A stretch of DNA of 64,000 bases, taken from Pseudomonadota bacterium. GTDB lineage: Bacteria; Pseudomonadota; Gammaproteobacteria; Acidiferrobacterales; UBA6901. Below, piece by piece: positions 44,565 to 55,183 of the stretch. The translations under genes and the position numbers were made by a program. The stretch's first letter is position 1, and each line of letters opens with the position of its first letter. The notes under the pieces were generated by a model. That model had not been told where the DNA came from and searched no databases. It saw only the letters and a list, made by a program, of their open reading frames with translations. Where the stretch lies: NCBI GenBank assembly GCA_021819085.1, contig JAKASJ010000016.1, positions 6,551 through 70,550 of the forward strand. Direction: 5' to 3'.

Positions 44565-45698
44565 TCAGGTCAGCAGGTGCTCGAGGGTGCGGGCATAAAC
44601 CTGCGCGAGCAGGTCCAGATCGGCAACGGCGATACATTCGTCGATGCGGTGAATGCTGTGGTTGAGGGGTCCGAATTCGGCCACCTCGGCGCCGGTCGGA
44701 GCGATAAAGCGCCCGTCGGAGGTGCCGCCGGCGGTGGAAAGCGACGGTTCCATCCCCAGGGTCTCGCGCACCGCCAGGCGCAGCGCTTCCAGCAGCCGGC
44801 CGTGCGCGGTGAGAAACGGCTGGCCCGAAAGGCGCCAGACCAGGTCATAGCGCAGACCGCAGGACCTGAGTACTTCTTCCACGCGCCGGCGCAGTTCCTC
44901 TTCGGTCACCGCGGTGGAAAAGCGGAAGTTGAATTGTGCGGTAAGCTGGCCCGGTGTGACATTTTCCGCACCGGTGCCGGCATGGATGTTTGATATCTGG
45001 AAGCTGGTCGGAGGGAAGTGCCGGTTGCCCTTGTCCCATTCGGTACGCACCAGGGTGCTCAGGGCGGGTGCGAACTCGTGGATGGGGTTGTGGCCGGTTT
45101 GCGGATAGGCGATGTGTCCCTGCACGCCATGGACGGTGATCTGGCCGTTGAGCGATCCGCGCCGTCCGATCTTGATGGTATCCCCGAACTGCGTCTGGCA
45201 GGATGGCTCACCCACGACGCAGTAATCGATAATCCGGGATTCGGCCTTGAGCCATTCCATCACCCGTACAGTCCCGTCCACCGCCGGGCCTTCCTCATCG
45301 GAGGTGATGAGCAAAGCGATGGCTCCGGCATGCTGCGGATGGCGTCCGAGAAAGGCCTCGATGGCAGTGACGAAGGCCGCCAGTGATCCTTTCATGTCGG
45401 CCGCGCCGCGGCCGTAGAGAAGTCCGTCGCGTATCTGCGGCCGGAAGGGGTCGCTCGTCCATTGTTCGCGGGGTCCTGGCGGGACGACATCGGTGTGGCC
45501 GGCGAACGCCACCAGCGGGCGGGCGTCGCCGCGCTGGGCCCAGAAATTGTCGACGCCGCCGAAATGCAGGCGCTCGATCTGAAATCCGAGACGTTCCAGG
45601 CGCCCTATCAGCAGTTGTTGGCAGCCCTCGTCGCGCGGTGTGACCGACGGGCGCTCCATGAGCTGCATGGCAAGCTTGAGTGTTTCGGACATAGGCAT
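44565..45698 (-). CDS. dapE: succinyl-diaminopimelate desuccinylase
   Basis: M20 peptidase pattern: FAGHTDVVP, SDEEG.A.DGT, and C-terminal GGTSDGRFI. Start chosen at MPMSETLKLA (45698); the ORF track extends to 45809. Confidence 0.9.
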   Translation of the reverse strand: MPMSETLKLAMQLMERPSVTPRDEGCQQLLIGRLERLGFQIERLHFGGVDNFWAQRGDARPLVAFAGHTDVVPPGPREQWTSDPFRPQIRDGLLYGRGAADMKGSLAAFVTAIEAFLGRHPQHAGAIALLITSDEEGPAVDGTVRVMEWLKAESRIIDYCVVGEPSCQTQFGDTIKIGRRGSLNGQITVHGVQGHIAYPQTGHNPIHEFAPALSTLVRTEWDKGNRHFPPTSFQISNIHAGTGAENVTPGQLTAQFNFRFSTAVTEEELRRRVEEVLRSCGLRYDLVWRLSGQPFLTAHGRLLEALRLAVRETLGMEPSLSTAGGTSDGRFIAPTGAEVAEFGPLNHSIHRIDECIAVADLDLLAQVYARTLEHLLT

Positions 45699-45730
45699 GA
45701 CGGGTTCCGGGCCGCGCGTGCTGGTGGCGC

Positions 45731-46552
45731 TCAGATGTCCCGGAGCAGTTCGTTGATGCCGACCTTGCTGCGCGTCTTTTCGTCGACCTGCTTGACGATG
45801 ACCGCGCAATACAGGCTGTACCTGCCGTCGGCCGACGGCAGGTTTCCGGATACCACTACGGAACCCGCAGGGATCCGTCCGTAGCTGACCTCACCGGTCG
45901 CGCGGTTATAGATCTTCGTACTCTTGCCGATGAATACCCCCATGGAGATTACCGAGCCTTCCTCGATCACGACTCCCTCGACGATCTCCGACCGCGCGCC
46001 GATGAAGCAGTTGTCTTCGATGATCGTAGGCGCAGCCTGGACCGGCTCCAGCACGCCGCCGATTCCCACGCCTCCCGAGAGGTGTACGTTCCTGCCGATC
46101 TGCGCACACGATCCGACCGTTGCCCAGGTGTCCACCATGGTGCCTTCGTCGACGTAGCCGCCGATATTGACATAGCTCGGCATGAGCACCACGTTCGGTG
46201 CGATATAGGCGCCTTTGCGGACTGTGGCGAGTGGCACCACGCGAAATCCGCCATCGCGGAAATTCCGGGAATTGTAGTCGGCGAATTTGGACGGTACCTT
46301 GTCGTAATAGTTGGTGTATCCGCCCTTTACAAAACTGTTGTCCTCGATGCGGAAATAGAGCAGCACCGCCTTCTTGAGCCACTCGTTCACGGCCCACTGG
46401 CCGTCGCGTTTCTCCGCTACGCGCGCTTTGCCGGCGTCAAGCAGCGCTATTGCCTCCAGCGTCGCGTCTTTGACGTGCGTATCGACATTGCGCGGCGTGA
46501 TCTGCGCGCGTCGTTCGAACGCCTGCTCGATGACAGTCTTGATATCGCTCAT
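45731..46552 (-). CDS. dapD: 2,3,4,5-tetrahydropyridine-2,6-dicarboxylate N-succinyltransferase
   Basis: 274 aa from [13 protein letters not shown]. Hexapeptide-repeat left-handed beta-helix ([56 protein letters not shown]). Confidence 0.9.
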   Translation of the reverse strand: MSDIKTVIEQAFERRAQITPRNVDTHVKDATLEAIALLDAGKARVAEKRDGQWAVNEWLKKAVLLYFRIEDNSFVKGGYTNYYDKVPSKFADYNSRNFRDGGFRVVPLATVRKGAYIAPNVVLMPSYVNIGGYVDEGTMVDTWATVGSCAQIGRNVHLSGGVGIGGVLEPVQAAPTIIEDNCFIGARSEIVEGVVIEEGSVISMGVFIGKSTKIYNRATGEVSYGRIPAGSVVVSGNLPSADGRYSLYCAVIVKQVDEKTRSKVGINELLRDI

Positions 46553-47772
46553 TGGCCGATTCCTGTTAAACAGATTGATTCTACATGATGCCGGATGCGG
46601 TGCGCAGCCGCCACGCATTGTTCCAGCGGTGCGACCAGCGCCATGCGCACGCGGTGGTGTCCCGGGTTGATGCCGTCGGCGGTGCGCGACAGGTAGCTGC
46701 CGGGCAGCACCAGGACGTTTTCGCGCTCGTACAGTTCGCGTGCGAAGCGTTCGTCGTCCTGGGGCGTGCGCGGCCACAGATAGAAACCCGCCTGGGGACG
46801 GGCGATATCCATGACCGGCGCGAGTATGGCGAGCACGGCGTCGAACTTTGCACGGTAGAGATCGCGGTTGGCACGCACGTGATCCTCGTCATTCCAGGCC
46901 CGGATGCTGGCCGCCTGCGCGAGCGACGAAAGGCTGCAGCCATGGTAGGTACGGTAGTCGAGATATCGCGCCATGACGGCGCCGTCGCCAGCGACGATTC
47001 CCGAACGAAGACCCGGCAGGTTGGACCGCTTCGACAGGCTCTGAAAGGCCAGACAATGGCGGAAATCGGCAACGCCGAGGTCGTGAGCGGCCTGCAGTAT
47101 TCCGGGCGGCGGTTGGTGTTCGTCGAAGTAGATCTCGGAATAGCATTCGTCGGATACGATCAGAAAGTCGTAGCGGTGGGCGAGCTCGATGAGGTGCGCA
47201 AACTCCGCGCGTTCCATCACTGCGCCGGTCGGGTTGCCCGGCGAGCACACGAACACCATGCGCGTGCGTCTCCAGATCTGCGCCGGCACGGCGTCGAAAT
47301 TCATGCGATAACCGGATTCGGCGACGGTATTTAAAAAGTACGGTTCCGCCCCGGCGAGCAGTGCCGCGCCTTCGTAGATCTGGTAGAACGGGTTGGGCAG
47401 GATGATCACCGGGCGCGCGCTGTCGGCCGGATCGATCACGGCCTGGACGATGGAAAACAGCGCCTCGCGTGTGCCGCTCACCGGCAGGATGTGTCGTTGT
47501 GGATCGAGCGGCATGCGCTCCAGATGATGGCGGCGGTTGGCCCAGGCGGCGGCCGACTCGCGCAATGCCGGTAAACCGTGGGTCGTCGGATAGGACGAGA
47601 GCGTTTGCAGCTGCGCGCTGATCTCTTCCAAAACGATGTGCGGTGCTGCATGCTGTGGCTCGCCGATGGAAAGGCGGATGGGCGACTTGTCCGGTGCCGG
47701 CGAGACCCCGCGCATCAACTCGGCGAGCCTCTGAAAGGGGTAGGGTTGAAGGCCCGAGAGTCTGGAATTCAT
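46549..47772 (-). CDS. dapC: succinyldiaminopimelate transaminase (class I aminotransferase)
   Basis: 407 aa from [16 protein letters not shown], with the SLSKRSN PLP-lysine region. It overlaps the dapD start by 4 nt, giving a dapC-dapD-dapE arrangement. Confidence 0.8.
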   Translation of the reverse strand: MNSRLSGLQPYPFQRLAELMRGVSPAPDKSPIRLSIGEPQHAAPHIVLEEISAQLQTLSSYPTTHGLPALRESAAAWANRRHHLERMPLDPQRHILPVSGTREALFSIVQAVIDPADSARPVIILPNPFYQIYEGAALLAGAEPYFLNTVAESGYRMNFDAVPAQIWRRTRMVFVCSPGNPTGAVMERAEFAHLIELAHRYDFLIVSDECYSEIYFDEHQPPPGILQAAHDLGVADFRHCLAFQSLSKRSNLPGLRSGIVAGDGAVMARYLDYRTYHGCSLSSLAQAASIRAWNDEDHVRANRDLYRAKFDAVLAILAPVMDIARPQAGFYLWPRTPQDDERFARELYERENVLVLPGSYLSRTADGINPGHHRVRMALVAPLEQCVAAAHRIRHHVESICLTGIGQ

Positions 47773-47817
47773 CTGTGCGGTGGAATGTCCTGAGAAAAAC
47801 AATTATACGGTAACGGC

Positions 47818-48696
47818 ATGATGGCATCCAACCACCGCGCGTCCCGACTGCTTCCCGTGCTGGCACTGCTTGCCGGGGCAGGAATGTGGGGGGTCATCTG
47901 GTATCCGATGCGGCTGCTCAATGCCGCCGGACTGAACGGTGTCTGGCTCACCCTGGTGCTGTATGCCAGCGCGCTCGCCTTTTCCCTGCCGCTTGCCGTC
48001 GCGGCCTGGAGGGAGTTTCCGCGCGCGCCGGCAGCACTGGGTGCACTCATGCTGGCCGGGGGCTGGACAAACGTCGCATTCATCGAAGCGGTGCTGCACG
48101 GCGATATCCTGAGGGTCCTGCTGCTGTTTTATCTCTCTCCGTTGTGGGCAACCCTGATGGGATGGTTGGCGCTGGGCGAGCGGGTGGCACTGCGATCGCT
48201 GGGCAGTCTGGCGCTTGCGATGGGCGGGGCGCTGCTCATGCTCTGGAATCCGCGCACCCATGGCGCTTGGCCGCAGGGCGCATCGGACTGGTTCGCCATA
48301 TCCTCCGGTTTTGCCTTCGCCCTGGCCAATGTCCTGGTGCGCAAGCTGGAGGACATTTCGGTCGCCGCCAAGTCAGTGAGCATCTGGCTGGGAGTCCTGA
48401 TCGTCGCCGCGGTGATGATCGCGCTGCTGCGCCTCGATCCGCCACATGCTGGCGCCGGCGCATTCTCCGGCGCGATAGCCCTCGGCCTGTTCGGGATTCT
48501 GCTCATGACGCTGCTCGTGCAGTACGGCGTGACGCATATGCCGGTGCATCGCTCGGCAGTGATCATGCTTTTCGAGCTCGTGGCGGGCGCGGTGTCCCAG
48601 CAGTTCCTTACGTCCGAACATGTCGGGGTGCGTGAATGGGCCGGAGGTGCGCTGATCATCGCCGCGGCGTACCTGTCGGCGATCACCTCCGGTTAG
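47818..48696 (+). CDS. EamA/DMT-family transporter
   Basis: 292 aa with about 10 hydrophobic segments arranged as two EamA-like halves. Confidence 0.7.
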   Translation: MMASNHRASRLLPVLALLAGAGMWGVIWYPMRLLNAAGLNGVWLTLVLYASALAFSLPLAVAAWREFPRAPAALGALMLAGGWTNVAFIEAVLHGDILRVLLLFYLSPLWATLMGWLALGERVALRSLGSLALAMGGALLMLWNPRTHGAWPQGASDWFAISSGFAFALANVLVRKLEDISVAAKSVSIWLGVLIVAAVMIALLRLDPPHAGAGAFSGAIALGLFGILLMTLLVQYGVTHMPVHRSAVIMLFELVAGAVSQQFLTSEHVGVREWAGGALIIAAAYLSAITSG

Positions 48697-48725
48697 ACCG
48701 GTGCTGGCGCGGATGTGCGCCGCAT

Positions 48726-49448
48726 TCACGTTTGTGCATCGCTGCGGGAGCCGAATATCGCCGTACCTATGCGGATCAGTGTGGCACCTTCCCTGATCGC
48801 CGGCACGAAATCGCTGCTCATCCCCATCGACAGTTCGGTGAAGCCGGACAGGGCGAAACGCTGGCGGCACTCATCGCGCAAAGCGCGCACCCCGGCAAAT
48901 GCCGCGCGCAGTTCCGGCTCGGTGGCCGGATGCGGGCCGATGGCCATGAGACCGCGCAGCCGTATTCCCGGCAAGGGAGCGCGCAGCAGCTGTTCCACGA
49001 GCGGTACCAGCCGCTCGCGGGCGACGCCGTGCCTCGCCGGATCGCGCGCGATATTCACCTCGATGAGCGCATCGAGTGCGCCTCCCTGTGCTGGCGCCAG
49101 CCGCGACAGGCGTTGCGCCAGGGCAAGGCTGTCGAGTGAATGCAGCCAGGTGAAGTTGCCCGGCACAAACCGCGCTTTGTTCGATTGCAGGTGGCCGATG
49201 AAATGCCAGACAAGCGCCTCGGCACGGAACTGCTCGAGCTTCGGCAGTGCTTCCTGCATCGTACTTTCACCAAAATCCCGCTGTCCGGCCGCGATCGCCG
49301 CCGCAATGAGTTCCACGGGCTGGCGCTTGGAGACCGCCACCAGCGTGACATCGTCGCTGCTGCGGCCTGCCGCGTGCGCGGCGCCCGCGATCGCGTCGCG
49401 GACTTTTTCCAGGTTTCCCCCGATATCGATGGCAATAGTACGGCGCAT
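48726..49448 (-). CDS. yggS: YggS-family pyridoxal-phosphate homeostasis protein
   Basis: 240 aa from MRRTIAIDIGGNLEKV, with VTLVAVSK (PLP lysine), HFIGHLQSNK, L.GLM.IGP, LSMGMS.D and IR.GTAIFG. The ORF-track entry (to 50177) is over-extended. Confidence 0.9.
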   Translation of the reverse strand: MRRTIAIDIGGNLEKVRDAIAGAAHAAGRSSDDVTLVAVSKRQPVELIAAAIAAGQRDFGESTMQEALPKLEQFRAEALVWHFIGHLQSNKARFVPGNFTWLHSLDSLALAQRLSRLAPAQGGALDALIEVNIARDPARHGVARERLVPLVEQLLRAPLPGIRLRGLMAIGPHPATEPELRAAFAGVRALRDECRQRFALSGFTELSMGMSSDFVPAIREGATLIRIGTAIFGSRSDAQT

Positions 49449-49550
49449 GCGCCCGAGTATAACCTTTCGTGACCGGCGGCAGGCCCCCTTTACCGGCGAC
49501 CCGGAACGCGCGGATAATCCGGATTTCCACTCTTTTTTGGAGTATGCGCC

Positions 49551-50033
49551 ATGCCGGTCACATCGGCGCGCAGGATCGGCAGTTTTTTCTCCCAGGAAGT
49601 GCTCGTGCATCTCGGGCTGCCGGCGGATCTGCGCCTGCTGCCGCAGGTGAACGAGGCCTGGATGAAGTCGGCGGGCGAACCGCTTTGCCGGCACGTGCAT
49701 GCCGTGCGTTACGTCCGCGGACAGCTGAGTCTTTGTGCCGACTCTTCGGCCTGGGCTGGCCGGGTCCGCTATCAGCAGCAGGCGCTGATTGAGCGGCTGC
49801 GGCGCTCGGCGACGTTCGATCGCCTGATCGGTCTGCACGTGCGGATCGTTCCACCGGGCCAGACCGGCCAGCCGGAGCCGCACCCGGTGCGGCGCGCGCG
49901 CCTGTCGGCCGCCAGCCGCAGCCTGCTCGAGCAGGTCGCAGGCGATATTGCCGATCCCGGACTGCGCGCGGCGCTCGCCCGGCTGGGTCGCGGCGCGGGT
50001 GATGGCTCGGGCGGCTCCGGCAGCGGGAGCTGA
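49551..50033 (+). CDS. dciA: DUF721/DciA-like protein (putative replicative-helicase operator)
   Basis: 160 aa. The pattern W....G..L..H..AV....G.L.L.ADSSAWA.RVRY....L...L resembles DUF721. Family call from memory. Confidence 0.55.
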   Translation: MPVTSARRIGSFFSQEVLVHLGLPADLRLLPQVNEAWMKSAGEPLCRHVHAVRYVRGQLSLCADSSAWAGRVRYQQQALIERLRRSATFDRLIGLHVRIVPPGQTGQPEPHPVRRARLSAASRSLLEQVAGDIADPGLRAALARLGRGAGDGSGGSGSGS

Positions 50034-50076
50034 GTGGATCCGGCCGCACGGCAGCAGCGGCGCATGCCCGGGGGGG

Positions 50077-50100
50077 GCGGGAACGCGCATGCGTTCCCGC
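50077..50100 (+). other. 10-bp perfect stem-loop (GCGGGAACGC-GCAT-GCGTTCCCGC) downstream of the dciA-like gene
   Basis: Seen directly, 44 nt after the stop. There is no U tract. Confidence 0.3.
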
Positions 50101-50221
50101 ACTCTAAGTGCGTTACACGCGCGCAGGAAGGCAGGGCGGCGGGCGGGTCGGTGATGAAAACCGGGCGGGGATCGCAAATTGATTTCCCGGCGGCCGTGCC
50201 CTGTGGTTTAATTGGCGCCCC

Positions 50222-51469
50222 ATGATTCGACCGTATGAGCTGTTTGTCGGGCTGCGTTACACCCGTGCCAAACGGCGCAATCACTTCATTTCCTTCATAT
50301 CGCTGTCCTCCATCCTGGGGACCGCCCTGGGCGTCACGGCGCTGATCACGGTACTGTCGGTCATGAACGGCTTCGACAAGGAGTTGCGTGATCGCATCCT
50401 CGGGGTGACGTCCAATATCACGATCGGAGCCGTCGGCGGGCCGCTGCACCATTGGCGCACGGTTGCGGATGCCGTCAAGGGTATGCACGGCGTCACCGGC
50501 CTGGCGCCCTATGTGCAGGGGCAGGGCATGCTGACGCACGGTCGCGACTCGAGCGGAGTCGTGGTGCGCGGAATACTCCCCGCGGACGAACCGCGGGTGA
50601 CGGATATCGGAGGCAAGATCGTTGCCGGCAGCCTCGACGCACTCAGGCCGGGGGGCTTCGGCATTGTCCTGGGGCGCGAGCTGGCATGGAAACTCGGTGT
50701 CGATGTGGGGTCACATGTGACGCTGATTGCCCCGGAAGGCGAAGTGACTCCGGCCGGGCTGCTGCCCAGGCTGAGGCGCTTCACGGTGGTCGGGATATTT
50801 GACGTGGGCATGTACGAGTACGACACCGGGCTCGCCTTTATTCAGCTTGATGACGCTGCCAAACTCTATCTCATGCCGCATGGCATCAGCGGGCTGCGCA
50901 TCAAGCTCGCCGACATCTACCGTGCACCGGCGCTCGCGCGACTCATGGCCCGCAAGCTCGGCCCTGACTACCGGGTGCGGGACTGGACACAGGAGCACGC
51001 CAATTTCTTTCGCGCCCTGCGTATGGAGAAAACGGTCATGTTCGTGATACTGCTGCTCATCGTGGCGGTAGCCGCATTCAACATCGTTTCGACGCTGGTC
51101 ATGGTCGTGACGGACAAGGAGGCGGAGATCGCGATTCTGCGCACGCTCGGCGCCAGTCCGGCCAGTATCATGGGGATATTCATGATCCAGGGATCGGTGA
51201 TCGGCGTCATCGGTACCCTGATCGGGGCGATCGGCGGGGTGACGCTCGCGCTGAACGTCGTAACGATAGTCCCGTTCCTGCAGCGTGTGTTTCACACAAC
51301 ATTCCTGTCGAGCAGCGTTTATTACATAAGCCAGCTTCCGTCGCACCTCAAATGGTCGGACGTAATCACCATAACCAGTGTGTCGCTCGCGATGGGCTTC
51401 CTGGCGACCATTTATCCGGCCTGGCGTGCGGCGCAGACCCAGCCGGCGGAGGCGCTGCGCTACGAATGA
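50222..51469 (+). CDS. lolC: lipoprotein-releasing ABC transporter permease (LolC/LolE/LolF family)
   Basis: 415 aa: [32 protein letters not shown], a periplasmic domain, and a C-terminal FtsX fold ending PA.RAA...PAEALRYE. Confidence 0.9.
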   Translation: MIRPYELFVGLRYTRAKRRNHFISFISLSSILGTALGVTALITVLSVMNGFDKELRDRILGVTSNITIGAVGGPLHHWRTVADAVKGMHGVTGLAPYVQGQGMLTHGRDSSGVVVRGILPADEPRVTDIGGKIVAGSLDALRPGGFGIVLGRELAWKLGVDVGSHVTLIAPEGEVTPAGLLPRLRRFTVVGIFDVGMYEYDTGLAFIQLDDAAKLYLMPHGISGLRIKLADIYRAPALARLMARKLGPDYRVRDWTQEHANFFRALRMEKTVMFVILLLIVAVAAFNIVSTLVMVVTDKEAEIAILRTLGASPASIMGIFMIQGSVIGVIGTLIGAIGGVTLALNVVTIVPFLQRVFHTTFLSSSVYYISQLPSHLKWSDVITITSVSLAMGFLATIYPAWRAAQTQPAEALRYE

Positions 51470-52149
51470 CGGGGAATGCGGTATTGCGGTGCACGGGCCT
51501 GTCCAAGACATTCAGTCAGGGCAATCTGACCGTGCCGGTGTTGCGGGATGTCAATTTCGCGGTTGCACAGGGCGAGCAGGTCGCCATCATAGGCTCCTCC
51601 GGTGCCGGCAAGAGTACGCTGCTGCACCTTCTGGGTGGCCTGGATACGCCGACCGCGGGAACCGTCGAACTCGACGGCCGCGATATCGGCAGACTCAGTG
51701 ACCGGCAGCGTGGTGAACTACGCAACCGCGCGCTCGGATTCGTGTACCAGTTCCACCACCTGCTGCCGGAATTCAGCGCGCTCGAAAACGTGGCCATGCC
51801 GCTGTTCATACGGCGCGGACCCGAGGCCGAGGCGCTGCAGCGGGCGCAGGAAATGCTCGGGAAGGTCGGACTTGCACACCGCCTGATGCACAAACCCGGG
51901 GAGCTGTCCGGCGGGGAACGTCAACGCGTTGCGGTCGCCCGCGCCCTGGTGACCGAACCGTTGTGCGTGCTCGCCGATGAACCCACGGGCAATCTCGACC
52001 GCAAGACTGCGGAATCCGTATACGCGCTGATGCTGGATCTGCACCAGGTCCAGCACACGAGTTTCATCATCGCCACCCACGATCCGGCACTGGCCGCCCG
52101 CATGGGCCGCATTGTCACTATCGACGATGGTATTTTGAAGGAAGCATGA
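51466..52149 (+). CDS. lolD: lipoprotein-releasing ABC transporter ATP-binding protein
   Basis: 227 aa with an ATGA overlap with lolC. Walker [12 protein letters not shown], signature [15 protein letters not shown] and Walker [12 protein letters not shown]. Confidence 0.9.
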   Translation: MTGNAVLRCTGLSKTFSQGNLTVPVLRDVNFAVAQGEQVAIIGSSGAGKSTLLHLLGGLDTPTAGTVELDGRDIGRLSDRQRGELRNRALGFVYQFHHLLPEFSALENVAMPLFIRRGPEAEALQRAQEMLGKVGLAHRLMHKPGELSGGERQRVAVARALVTEPLCVLADEPTGNLDRKTAESVYALMLDLHQVQHTSFIIATHDPALAARMGRIVTIDDGILKEA

Positions 52150-52362
52150 CGGCTCGCCGGCAAGCGGGATACCGGGCCAGAGACGATACCGGACGCCCCC
52201 GCGCGGCGCGGCGCAAGGTTCGCCCGGGCCTTCGCCCTGGCGGGGCCGGCGGCTCGGGCGGCGGGGCAGGACGGCTGACGTTTGCGGCGCTTTCCGCCCG
52301 GGCGTGTGTCTGATAGATTACGCACACTTTTCGGTCCAACTCTACCCATCAGGTAAGTCCGC

Positions 52363-52977
52363 GTGTTTGAATTGGTCAGGTCCGGCGGCTGGGTCATGGC
52401 GCCGATCATTCTCTGCTCGATCGCCGCTTTGGCGATCATCGGCGAGCGGCTGTGGGCGCTCCAGAAGCGCTATGTGGCGCCTGACGGGTTGCTTCCGCAG
52501 GTGCGCCAGTGGCTGGAGCGCAGCGAGCTCGACGAGGCGCGCCTGGCGCTGCTGCGCGACAGCTCGCCGCTCGGCCGCGTGCTGGCCGCAGGACTGCTCA
52601 ACCGCAGCCACGAGCGCGCCATCGTCAAGGAGTCGATCGAGGACGCCGGGCGGCATGTGGTCCCGGAGCTCGAGCGCTACCTGAATCCGCTCGGGACGAT
52701 CGCCGCGATCGCACCGTTTCTCGGGCTGCTCGGTACCGTGCTCGGCATGATCAGGATGTTCGCCGGCGTCGGTGCTCACGGCCTGGGCGATCCGTCCGTG
52801 GTCGCCGCCGGCATCTCCCAGGCACTCGTCTCCACCGCATCCGGCCTGACGGTCGCGATCCCCAGTCTGATGTTCTACCGCTATTTCCGCGCCCGGGTCG
52901 ATACGCTGTTGTTGGACATGGAGCAGGAAGCGGTCAAGCTTGTCGAGATCATCCAGGGCGCGCGCGAAGGCGTGTAG
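52363..52977 (+). CDS. exbB: MotA/TolQ/ExbB proton-channel protein
   Basis: 204 aa with three transmembrane segments. LG.IA.IAPFLGLLGTV.GMI..F and ALV.TA.GL.VAIP are typical of ExbB/TolQ. Confidence 0.85.
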   Translation: MFELVRSGGWVMAPIILCSIAALAIIGERLWALQKRYVAPDGLLPQVRQWLERSELDEARLALLRDSSPLGRVLAAGLLNRSHERAIVKESIEDAGRHVVPELERYLNPLGTIAAIAPFLGLLGTVLGMIRMFAGVGAHGLGDPSVVAAGISQALVSTASGLTVAIPSLMFYRYFRARVDTLLLDMEQEAVKLVEIIQGAREGV

Positions 52978-53000
52978 CCGGGCTGCAGCGAGACGCAACG

Positions 53001-53426
53001 ATGCAATTTCGCCCGAAGCGGACCGAGGAGCCCGAGATCAACCTCATTCCCCTGATCGACGTGCTGCTGATGGCGCTGATCTTCCTGCTGCTGACGACCA
53101 GCTTCTCGCACGAAGCGCAGCTGCGCCTGCGGTTGCCGAGCGCGCACTCCCAGTCGAAAACCCTGCAGCCGGCGGTGCGCATCGCAATTGATGCGCAAGG
53201 GCAGTATTACGTCGGCGGAAAGGCGCTGCTCAATACCCGCGAAAGCGTGCTGCGGCAGGCCATGCGGGAGGCAGCAGGCACGCAGAAGGATCCGGTGGTG
53301 ATCATCGAGGCCGATCGCCGGACCCCGAATGGTGCCGTCGTCGAAGTCATGGATGTCGCGCGCCAGCTGGGGTTCGTTCACCTGACCTTCGCCACCCAAA
53401 AAGCCTCCGGCGGCTCGGCACCGTGA
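53001..53426 (+). CDS. exbD: biopolymer transporter ExbD/TolR
   Basis: 141 aa from the ATG at 53001: EINLIPLIDVLLMALIFLLL. Confidence 0.85.
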   Translation: MQFRPKRTEEPEINLIPLIDVLLMALIFLLLTTSFSHEAQLRLRLPSAHSQSKTLQPAVRIAIDAQGQYYVGGKALLNTRESVLRQAMREAAGTQKDPVVIIEADRRTPNGAVVEVMDVARQLGFVHLTFATQKASGGSAP

Positions 53427-55183
53427 GCGCCTCGCAGGCTACGGGTTCGGGCGCGAGTGCATACCGCAGGCTGCTGAGATACGCATGGCCCTACCGCGGG
53501 CCGTTTACGCTGGCCGTCGTGAGCATGGCCGTCACCTCCGCGACCGAGACCGGCTTCGCGTGGCTCATGAAGCCGCTGATCAACGGCGGGTTCGTGAAAA
53601 GCGACCCGCACAGCATCCGCTACATTCCGCCGCTCATCGTGGCGATTTTCGTGGCGCGCGGGGTTTTCGGGTTTCTCGCCAATTACACCATGAACTGGAT
53701 CGGGCGCATGGTGATCTTCCACCTGCGCAATGACATGTTTTCGCGGCTGGTGCATCTGCCGAGCCGGTTCTACGACAACAATTCCTCCAGTCTGCTGATA
53801 TCCAAAGTCATCTACGACGTGGAACAGGTGATGTCGGCGACCACCAAGGCGGTGTCATCGGTGGTCAAGGACAGCCTGTCTCTGGTCGGCCTGGTGGGCC
53901 TCATGATCTATTACAGCTGGCGCCTGACGCTGATCATGCTGCTTGTGGCTCCGGTCATCTCGTTCGCGGTGACCAAGATCAGCCGCCGCTTCCGGAGATC
54001 GAGCCATCTGATCCAGCAGTCCATGGGTGAAATCACGCATGTGGTGCAGGAGGCGATCGAAGGCCAAAGGGTGGTCAAGACTTTCTGCGCCCAGGATTCC
54101 GAGCGGGCGGCGTTCGAGCAGGTCAATGCCCGCAATCAGCGCTACGTCATGAAAAAGGCCACGACCTCCGCGCTCAACGTTCCGGTGATCGAGCTGCTGT
54201 CGGCGATCGGCATCGCGATCGCGATCTATGCGGCGATGCAGGAAGCGGCTGTCCACCAGATGAATGCAGGCACATTCGTGTCCTATATTACCTCCATGAT
54301 GCTGATGATGCCGGCGCTCAAACGTCTTACCCAGGTCAACGAAACGGTCCAGACGGGAGTGGCGGCGGCGGGCAGCGTATTTGCGATGATGGACGAGGAG
54401 CCGGAGCCCGATCCGGGCGTGCGCGAACTGCCGGGTGTCAAGGGCGAAGTCGAGTACCGCCAGGTCTGCTTCAGCTACCCGGGTTCCATGTCACCGGTGC
54501 TTGAGAACGTATCGCTGCGTATCGAGCCCGGAACCACTCTGGCGCTGGTCGGTGCTTCCGGAAGCGGCAAGACCACGACGGCGAACCTGCTTGCACGCTT
54601 TTATGCGGCCGACTCCGGCGACATCCTGCTCGACGGCGTCAACATCAATGAGTTGCGTCTCGCCAATCTGCGTCACCATATTGCCCTGGTGAGCCAGGAT
54701 ACGGTGCTGTTCGACGACAGCATCCGCAACAACATCGCCTACGGTTCGGACACGGAAATCGACGAGGCGCGTATTCTCAGCGCGGCGCAGGCAGCGCATG
54801 TGCTGGAGTTCGCGCAACGCACATCCGAGGGACTCGATACCATTGTTGGTGAGCGCGGGGTGCGCCTTTCCGGCGGCCAACGGCAGCGCATCGCCATTGC
54901 GCGCGCCCTGTACAAAAATGCGCCGGTGCTCATTCTCGACGAAGCTACTTCGGCACTTGATACCGAGTCCGAGCGCCTGGTGCACGACGCGATGCAGCAG
55001 CTCATGCACAACCGCACGACGCTGGTGATCGCCCACCGGCTGTCGACGATCGAGAATGCCGATTGCATCGTGGTGCTCGACAGCGGCCGCGTGATCGAAA
55101 CCGGCAGCCATCGCGAGCTGCTCGAGCGCAACGGAATCTATGCGCGCCTGTACCGCATCCAGTTTAATGAGCCGCGTCGCTGA
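53423..55183 (+). CDS. msbA: lipid A export ABC transporter MsbA
   Basis: 586 aa. Six-TM exporter domain plus NBD (GASGSGKTT, LSGGQRQRIAIARAL, LILDEATSALD). Located in an lpxK/kdsB context. Confidence 0.9.
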   Translation: MSASQATGSGASAYRRLLRYAWPYRGPFTLAVVSMAVTSATETGFAWLMKPLINGGFVKSDPHSIRYIPPLIVAIFVARGVFGFLANYTMNWIGRMVIFHLRNDMFSRLVHLPSRFYDNNSSSLLISKVIYDVEQVMSATTKAVSSVVKDSLSLVGLVGLMIYYSWRLTLIMLLVAPVISFAVTKISRRFRRSSHLIQQSMGEITHVVQEAIEGQRVVKTFCAQDSERAAFEQVNARNQRYVMKKATTSALNVPVIELLSAIGIAIAIYAAMQEAAVHQMNAGTFVSYITSMMLMMPALKRLTQVNETVQTGVAAAGSVFAMMDEEPEPDPGVRELPGVKGEVEYRQVCFSYPGSMSPVLENVSLRIEPGTTLALVGASGSGKTTTANLLARFYAADSGDILLDGVNINELRLANLRHHIALVSQDTVLFDDSIRNNIAYGSDTEIDEARILSAAQAAHVLEFAQRTSEGLDTIVGERGVRLSGGQRQRIAIARALYKNAPVLILDEATSALDTESERLVHDAMQQLMHNRTTLVIAHRLSTIENADCIVVLDSGRVIETGSHRELLERNGIYARLYRIQFNEPRR

